Positions 60,501 through 64,000 of a DNA stretch of 64,000 bases are shown here, in pieces. The DNA comes from Monocercomonoides exilis PA203. Taxonomy: Eukaryota > Protista > Preaxostyla. The notes below the pieces were generated by a model. The model did not search any database, was not told where the DNA came from, and was given only the letters and a program-made list of their open reading frames with translations. The first letter of the stretch is position 1, and each line of letters begins with the position of its first letter. The position numbers and the translations under genes were made by a program. The DNA is taken from positions 1,302,001 to 1,366,000 of the forward strand of contig LSRY02000007.1 of assembly GCA_001643675.2 (NCBI GenBank). Reading direction: 5' to 3'.

Positions 60501-60617
60501 AAACAGACCATCTTTAATTGCATGAACAGTGTTAACTTCTTTCTCAATTCGGACTGTCTCGATTTTTAACGAACAAATATATAAAGCAACAAAATAACAC
60601 AGCGAAAATATTTTCAT
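48576..60617 (-). CDS. Giant receptor-like surface protein: signal peptide, about 8 Cys-capped beta-helix (pectin-lyase/PMP-like) modules, one TM helix, cytoplasmic tyrosine-kinase-like pseudokinase
   Basis: 4013-aa ORF. The hydrophobic N-terminus is MKIFSLCYFVALYICS. Recurring motifs are CG-x5-PC-x-(T/S), GG(A/G)(I/L/V)(F/Y) and N-x-A-x-x-G-x-(D/N)-(I/V)-(F/Y). The TM helix WALIVIFIFVMLFLIVLIVSIIFIV (about 49858-49931) is followed by RWRK. Kinase C-lobe motifs are RWKAPE, SFSIGMMLWECLTLQIPF, GERP and CL..DRP (about 48705-49370). Confidence 0.88.
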   Translation of the reverse strand: MKIFSLCYFVALYICSLKIETVRIEKEVNTVHAIKDGLFMKEFAKHNFCEKANQSSKCDRKMDIIEALTIKNCKLFPSILVTNILLDNSSCICSEIQTRLKRSHLFVLNRNSSLTLESIVVFPQPFTAESPISLSNGFACVQNMSLFFREVRKSFSTIIEYCPAAEPSIQNCGAFMKNCYFSSFDAISPFPLFVSSPNLRSSIDQSIFINISRSKELSNTPCKTSSASSISSSEFTNVASPYDGGIIHGLRGHNSQYISNTSFDSYFRMSNENFNNNHSMENHTILTGDMICTDCWFSNFTDHAIYFKSTGILQLFSCIGKDCTSSIGSGSVCFIRGRSSVTVESSFFDNCSCMQSGGAFWTQCNSFSCSQSNFSDGEAGHRAFALHFDNTENPVQISCCVFTNGKPYSSTNTGGGALSLMNDTGACVCECYFSNISSRSNASAVGISSTTNLHSKLFFCFFEKNVGDASSDVLTDNASVNCLQKEDVIFCLSLSTGTKPRVMIGTSDCSTWIPQGFNTLKVDVVHGENNRMCGHGSSDYPYPTCKTIEYTIQVADHISGLTTRVDIAAGAYTEEGMNVNNLTMNFCGASNQSTSISSSIITLFQISTGSASLSKLTIVRNSSASISTQLFSITQSSGRLNVSDCIITAEATNHNPFATSLFSFSCGAMTFSDVKFKSMKFISVSAIAIDAKSSENLVFHSVDFISIVRNEGNGAVFEKTIQRNEVVTFYGMNASNCICLKGSGGCVWLSVESGGEVIIGKNSEMTMFSGCTATVNNSIGGFGGALFFDTKRGGTNFVIQNLTFGTGGNENKADLGGKNIFIDSQKLSSVVTSTTFQIILSSDSTKNTEAMGFEEGFRDIPIPLAPYLMRLNEKARVGGSQQRDFSACGFSSYPCETISYAASLRYSGAPKTIILNSGFIFKESMELNENNWTIECGIMGTEINIQGNGQVPAVGMIHVTKATKMSNISFCLPASLLSTSTLIACSAESLELKNCGAKLSSSGSSELEYDFVRASHSTLVLNTFTVNTQLSFASNSMIMLRNGCNVNMNNCAISEVEKSNGNGGFFESTGRIEGNYSCNIIVDNCTFISCKACSNNACGGGLFVELKENEKLIVNGSTTFDGCLTACVEHDTGKGGAVMISVSDASASFAFGENVLFSQSKANNATFGKDLFISCGTGIFLKEKTNFESLLFFDSSMEPDDLNQMSGTENGEDEPLIPIFVYFCTLVSSIFTDGDGGTDHPFCGFKGFMCKSIDYCFENRISSSVNEIDVDSTSFISNELVAMNCHFCLTSQTSEASVSFDDKGDKNCEALIVCELNSTVEISNLELLLPDTLQQKHISILESSSTLSLISISFVSINESISRQFGILRVMGGKFTMSDALFKGIFLFSGRSAIEICNEQVSNLNNCSLIGVKQYNGGGGCISVNMQIPTPTSVFLDNCTVSGECAEGSSLKGGGIFASLQSGVISIQNTMFDECKTPSSESEANGKGIGGGLYVYAIDDETELSLNKVMFHGCSGWKGDCVFVDGNNLSILIKKERFLFEWAELDEKDLMGFERSTTSSSVELLLGAFLTPFEVKGFVSGDGEGLDHSGCGLRAYPCRTVPHLLKRRFQTISSTTAEIIFTSSYSIKDAFVIESYSACFESEMEGIETVIEEDGTGVADGLIETRNVVSFSCIKFSLPSQFAVERICLFLCSSSILTLQKCSAQLKGGVGKIEYSFVKVVNGEAHLYNFSFYAVKFGDTCAVHIRGNDGRGIMNASEFNEVESDSSSGLIFVSNGCYFEEVNSTIRESIFEKCCAVYCENGSGMKMINSSLKNLTRKIGNGGGLTGIVGNGKTIEIKNSSFIGIRCLATNSLGGCVFVNVGNDGGFYFESNNISECSVNGQQGYGGGVYFSLESPSAKYTMRSIQFSQNSAKYGSDIFLLSAAPRQVLQADLWDGTVLESSNSENFWVMDLLDECSINQSIKPYLFPEPTSVLFVKFGGTNNNQCGAFDYPCGDMIFGLGKMTDEMSTIHINESIFLEQRLSRSNLSLSIRGNDEKSYLNVSEGGCFEQKTGDAHTTLAFNKIIFILSENPTDDVSSLIAITVGRVVISSCECGSSSGPTQKSGASIVSGTGEVKFSFFSINNVLFSRFKGICAVSNGMLAFEYSNVSSVMQSYDENKYLNGIEQAHNGLVVGCGNSKILLNGSSFKNCVSEWSVINARGIEALTIGGESQIDECSCLSTDGGGIYCQLVDNGKMTLEECCVTFCSANVNTGKGGGLYLLLEREFFGNYVLKNMKIHDNVAKYGMDVFIECESLNKSISASHFQGLNTNEEILEVKMQGLDREKFVDEPVNLSLFLEQRLDQVICVSADGYDMIGCGTNLYPCCSFWRGYRNLVENSEDKELQIVNNTVIDSHFEIDYLTVKSTASGTQSIISISKEIPASDSMSLLNNKGILLIEDMIFDLPDIFVNEMKSVIESSGTLSFKSSSFTKESDNECSYNLILINGGTFLMKNCEVSHIIHNASPFNILFASSATMEECNFEGIGGSTILKGGHIRAALKDLNRFSLHNCSMNHCICSGTEGKGGAVFLDCLQISNANSFSFNNTMFASNKAAHGSNIYIFGSDLNFTVNNNSFSFDYASYITDENPFFGENEQFGMIDLLLLLVPFNSPTVYVSTDGFDIAGCGDHSHPCSSFLTGFYHVEDESISKEIIIHGSTLIQNHFDLDSFSVHSDFSPSSTTRNFASADALIDISSLSNLTIDVGVNDSISSILSNSETLLFSSIRFCVLKARGDSQTTVISNGEGYLSLDYCILECHTAGNTETLFCFILMKSGELFASSLQIERITLGKCLINIMSGSVCSFQRMTFDAINMSTSGLVFIEEKTEEHSSHETRVAINESTFRTLTGDGEESCAISSISTESVQLSVNKTSFITNHAKSSQKGGAIFFALNEGGWLKMTNSEIIESCCNENSGKGGGVYLHCTTSGEVDFIFHQMSLLGNAAFVGRDIFVECFSIENQINETQFRFDLRPEEFIRANAIWGRDSTLGKDVDLMDYITTYQSTTIIVSSVHSDSRNFRNCGKSDSPCYSVDYGLNHILSDFDSRLYVDKECIIEDEFDLDNLTLRSKVHSTATLSVVPSGTASRDELIFCSERVQMELLNFVFPSQTSSSHECLIKTTAERCFIKDCSFEGKDIGDASMCEISFSLIEQIGGTLELSDLTISSLSFVSTHSVLQIPLSGNCYCKCLEVFDICIPNCEFCSVCDVETSYNGKSGSIDLSLTSFKNLNCSEMGIISVLSAQNECPISFSNCTFKECNLPKYNGKLASFGSCSKLNFTFCLFEGYQNDSTVIGNSAIEDVCHWNGSLICLTSCTSYMKDTTVANSSKGGISVSKGRLTIEMGMFEGNNPSIERYPSARRNIICDEGGIVDVMSFKGGDGLLPNSSMWILNEGCEMEGIALERTSVLFIPHLERVEQEEAGAEIKLKFIGNLLMPCSLQFRVTTTLNEEKLLHTNKFEDSEYVNESEVVTNIQSSLVKDAPSEAEVSVCILFGDEERPLSTQSFVLKNKSEPQTNANGKLAKEGSGTVSSWALIVIFIFVMLFLIVLIVSIIFIVRWRKAKNENKDLREIVNDNIRKEPKAFEMVTMEMSPEEQWRRAEREAEKKNEERIKKRVYDSNMEHSESSEHLLSESGSTEYILGRDSDKIPEWMLEKVDEKEEEETRKRIPSPSISSTSTTDTSDTESTFVRSESLCPTTSSMSNLVDAIACSSVFEKLIVDLRDSLFMLLHGRNEKKEMAIGTLKEREHTAAQVLFWVANGALHSFENEEDELSSLAHLSPHIVLFSEHMIICIAKHSDFSSDDSDSSSISSASTIITSSSDFSTANRNGRGSPPPSSAFEDDSDNKKECLRWKAPELQMNKKMGATKESVSFSIGMMLWECLTLQIPFGEYEAEVAGQKIVNGERPDLKIVEGNTFEQVTKNCLSASANDRPPLSQLKREFIQRFPDGTVMMTISDAVDLADSSGDEDITKRGNVEIDESGYF

Positions 60618-61394
60618 TATTCCTGCGAATAAAAATTCATAACTTGATCTAACCTTTAAGTTATTTATTTTATGATATTTTTGTAAATTAATCGATTAGA
60701 TGGAGAAAAACAATATGGTTCGAAAGTTATTCGAACAACGCATTTGCGAAATTTTATCAGCAGCTTTTCGTTCAAGCATACCACTTGATATTATTCTTTC
60801 AGAGGGTGCTTTATTTCATTTTGAGCGAGCTGTAATGCTTGTAATAAGAATGAGATATCAAGATGTTAGCATAATGTATGTTATTTATATTGAATTGTTA
60901 ACTCATGTATGGTATCTCTGCTGTTGATTAAAAATTGAGATTATTTCAGAACCTGTAAAACAGAATCTTTTTTGCATGCAGTTGAACAGTTAACTTATTT
61001 TTGTTCGCGTAGCAGTGTATTTGAAGAGAATCCTGAACTTAAGGTTTTCTTTTGAACTTAAGCAATTTCTATATTTTTTAATTTTGATCTGTGATCCAAA
61101 AAATATTTACGTTTCATTTATTATGTTTTTTTTCCGATATTTTTAAAAGAATCTTACTGCCATTCCAAAGCCTCAATCATTCAAACTTAATCCAAAAACA
61201 TTTTGTATGACTTATTTACGCACTTTTGTTCTTGTTGTTATTATCCTTCTTTTTTTTTCACATTATTTGAAATAGTTTATTTTTCGGTAATTGGAAGATG
61301 CTCATTTTCAAAAGTTATAATTGAAATATCTGTTTTAAGAACTTTTACGCAATCTCAACGAATCCCCGAATCTTTCATTGCTCCACCTCCAAGG

Positions 61395-63119
61395 ATGAAA
61401 AGCACAATAAAAAGATCTTCATCCATTGATTCGCAGAACGACGATGGAATTCCTCAAGCCGTTCCCATCAGCCCACAAGGCGATAAAAATATCAGAAGCA
61501 CCACTCCGTCCCCAAACGCATATCCATCGTATTTTTCATCGACAATGGCATCTCCTTCACAAAGCTTTGTAATGTTTTCTCCAGGCAGAGATGCTTCATT
61601 GCATTCTTCTTCTTCTTCTTCTTCTTCTTCTTCTTCTTCTTCCACATCGTCCACTGTTACTTCATCCACGCCTGCTTCTGTTTCTGTAATTGCATCTTCT
61701 TCTTCTTCTTCAACGACTTCTTCTTCTTCCTATCCTCAGTTATATCTTCCACCTCGCTCTCCTTCCTTTTCTCCATCTGCAACTTCTCCTTTCTCACATG
61801 CATCTATTGGCCTGTCTCCTTCCAAACTGTCGCCTGAAAAGCAGACGCTTACACAAGGTGCAATGGATAATATCGTGCCGAATCTTCCGTCTTACTCATC
61901 AGCTGCGCCTGTGCTGCGGGTGTTTGATGAATCCCAGCCGCGTTCTCCTCCTTTCTCTTTTTCGCTTCACCCGTCTGCGCCATTCAATTCATCTTCTTTT
62001 TCTCCTTCAGGCTCTTCAAACACTTCAAGCTCTTTAAGCTCTTCAAGCACTTCTCCCGCGTTGGCACAGTGCTTGTCGCCAGCGTCGCCTGCCTCTTTTG
62101 CTGCTTCGAAACTTGTTTCTGATGCGAAATTCAGCCATTCCATTTCACAGCAGGATTCTCCGAAGCCTCTTGTACCAATTGATTTTTCGCCTATTGCAGC
62201 AGCAAGTGCGGATTCCAATGCTTCGCAGCTGTCGTTCTCTGCTCTTGTGAGTTCTCGAAGAAATCCACAGGAAGGAGAAGAGAAGGTTCTCTTTGAAGGA
62301 AAAAGAGATACTTTGAAAGAGATCGAAAAAATAAACGAACAAGAAGAGAAAAGAAATAAAAGAAGATTTTCTGATGATAAACAGATGGACAGAAATGAAG
62401 GAAAAATTGAGGTGAGAAAAATGATTGATTCAGAAGAGAAGGAAAAAACAAGTGAAGAAAGAAATAAAGAGATTCCTATGAAAAAGAATAATGATTATGA
62501 AGATAAAGGCGCTTTGTTAGGAATGCATTCACCAGGAATCTGTAATGAAGAATTAAACAAAGAAGAAGAAGAAGAAGAAAAACTGAAAGAAGAAATTAAG
62601 CTGAAGCAGTCTTTGTTTGTTCGAGATGAAAGTGGGGTGATTGATTTCTGTTCTCTAATGGAGCATCCGCTATATATTCAACAGCATTCACACAATGAAC
62701 AATTTTTTGATGTTTCTTCGCATGAACTGTCTTCAAAGAACGATCAAAATCATTCTTCTGCTGCACCTTCTAGCTTCGAATCAGCATTTCATCCACCTTT
62801 TGCAAGAGTTGCTGGAATTCCGTATTCAACTTTGCCTTTTTTCACTTCACAAAATTATGTTGGATTGCATTCACAATCATCATCTATATCTTCTCAATCG
62901 GTTCCTTTGGCTAATCATTCTGTATTTCCTTCAGCAGAAACTGATAAAAATAATTCACCAATAAGTTCAATGTTCACAGATGGATTGGATAAGCAATTGA
63001 ATGTTGATAAAACTGAAGGAAAACAAATTGAATTTGACAAAGGCACTTCTTTTTCTTCATTTTCTTCATTTTCTGACTTGTTTGAAACTGTGCAAGCACA
63101 TTTTGATTCTTTTGGTTGA
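61395..63119 (+). CDS. Hypothetical Ser/Pro-rich, largely disordered protein with a central Lys/Glu-rich segment
   Basis: The ORF track starts at TTG 61203, but the sequence upstream of about 61350 is T-rich and looks non-coding; first ATG is at 61395 (574 aa). Composition matches the neighbouring genes. No domain was recognised, and extra exons cannot be excluded. Confidence 0.65.
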   Translation: MKSTIKRSSSIDSQNDDGIPQAVPISPQGDKNIRSTTPSPNAYPSYFSSTMASPSQSFVMFSPGRDASLHSSSSSSSSSSSSSTSSTVTSSTPASVSVIASSSSSSTTSSSSYPQLYLPPRSPSFSPSATSPFSHASIGLSPSKLSPEKQTLTQGAMDNIVPNLPSYSSAAPVLRVFDESQPRSPPFSFSLHPSAPFNSSSFSPSGSSNTSSSLSSSSTSPALAQCLSPASPASFAASKLVSDAKFSHSISQQDSPKPLVPIDFSPIAAASADSNASQLSFSALVSSRRNPQEGEEKVLFEGKRDTLKEIEKINEQEEKRNKRRFSDDKQMDRNEGKIEVRKMIDSEEKEKTSEERNKEIPMKKNNDYEDKGALLGMHSPGICNEELNKEEEEEEKLKEEIKLKQSLFVRDESGVIDFCSLMEHPLYIQQHSHNEQFFDVSSHELSSKNDQNHSSAAPSSFESAFHPPFARVAGIPYSTLPFFTSQNYVGLHSQSSSISSQSVPLANHSVFPSAETDKNNSPISSMFTDGLDKQLNVDKTEGKQIEFDKGTSFSSFSSFSDLFETVQAHFDSFG

Positions 63120-64000
63120 AATTCATTCGTGCTTACGTGAAGAAAAATTAATTTAGAAATAGAGAAAGAAATTATTATTTCATGAATATGTGGATATAAA
63201 GCAGATTTATGCAATATAATTTATGACAAATGTTGGTTTTTTGCTTTTTTTCACCAAATTCTTTCAAATTTTTATGTTGTTTCAAAAAAAGTATGTGATT
63301 GTTCATTTTTGAGTTAATCTTTTCGTTCAAGTTTTGTTCAAACTACTTTTCTCAATTTAAAAGTCATTCTTTTCTTCAAAATAGAAGATTTTTTTATCAT
63401 TTTCAAGCTCCTACGAAAATTTTTTGGATTTGTTGCATTAAGAAAATGTTATTGATCAAAGCTCATACAAAAGAATGTTATAAAGGGGAATAAGCCACAT
63501 CGTTTTTTTGTTTGAAAACATAATTTGAAAAGTGGGATTGTTCTTTTACGTGCAACCAGACATGTTTCTTTTATCAAATTGTCCAAAAAGAAATATAGTC
63601 AGCAAACTAATAAAAAATGTCATTCTCAGTATTTATTGCGTAATTGTTTAGCAAAAGATTCATATTTCTAAATTCACTTTTATGTTCAAAACCCATTAAT
63701 AAAATTATTTTTGACAGGAAATGTAAATTTCATGTGATTTCTAACTGTAAAAAAACTGTATAATGATGCATTTTAATTAGCTCACCTAGTATTGCGTTAA
63801 CATGCTATCTAAGATACTTTTTGTACTTATACTTTTATTTGAAAGTAAAACTCATGAAAAACCTGTCTCATGTGAGAATATGCCTTTAACGTTGAACTCT
63901 CAAGTGTTTAAGCATTCAAGCTCAAAACTTAGAGTAAAGCTGACTCTTAATTGCCCACATGATTATTCTTTTCATTCTGTTTTCATTGCTCTTCCAAAAG

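Noticed and set aside
60700-60927. 75-aa ORF between the receptor gene and the Ser-rich gene
   Set aside because: It is short and AT-rich with no recognisable motif, so it cannot be supported as coding.
334-63119. Alternative genetic code (TAA/TAG read as Gln, as in some oxymonads)
   Set aside because: Multi-kilobase ORFs contain no in-frame TAA or TAG. The dynein-like gene ends at TAG right after its C-terminal motif and the receptor ends at TAA.
63120-64000. AT-rich right end examined for RNA genes, repeats or further exons
   Set aside because: No tRNA/rRNA-like structure, convincing repeat or supportable reading frame was seen.

Overview
Gene-dense eukaryotic (protist) genomic DNA read in the standard genetic code. 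The long intron-poor ORFs, TCN-coded poly-serine runs, very AT-rich spacers and a giant beta-helix/TM/kinase-remnant surface protein resemble an oxymonad such as Monocercomonoides; this taxonomic call is inference only. (1) The two largest ORFs (358-6000 and 6092-37081) look like two exons of one dynein heavy chain-like gene. The N-terminal DHC_N1 tail motifs start in the first ORF and continue in the second, and a phase-compatible GT-AG intron (about 5993-6296) joins them into a protein of about 12,140-12,160 aa, roughly 2.7 times a normal heavy chain. Its AAA1, AAA3 and AAA4 P-loops are degenerate and only the AAA2 site looks intact, so it is probably a giant pseudo-motor. It also has a C2H2-type finger in the tail. 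(2) A pecanex-like multi-pass membrane protein. (3) An AT-rich region of transposon debris (44.7-48 kb): a young TA-flanked 397-bp foldback/MITE with perfect TIRs inserted in the centre of an older degenerate palindrome, a poly(T) tract, and possible hAT transposase remnants. (4) A 4013-aa minus-strand receptor-like surface protein with eight Cys-capped beta-helix modules, one TM helix and a pseudokinase C-lobe. (5) A Ser-rich hypothetical gene, plus a probable first exon of a divergent gene at the left edge. All domain calls come from motif recognition by eye; no searches were run.
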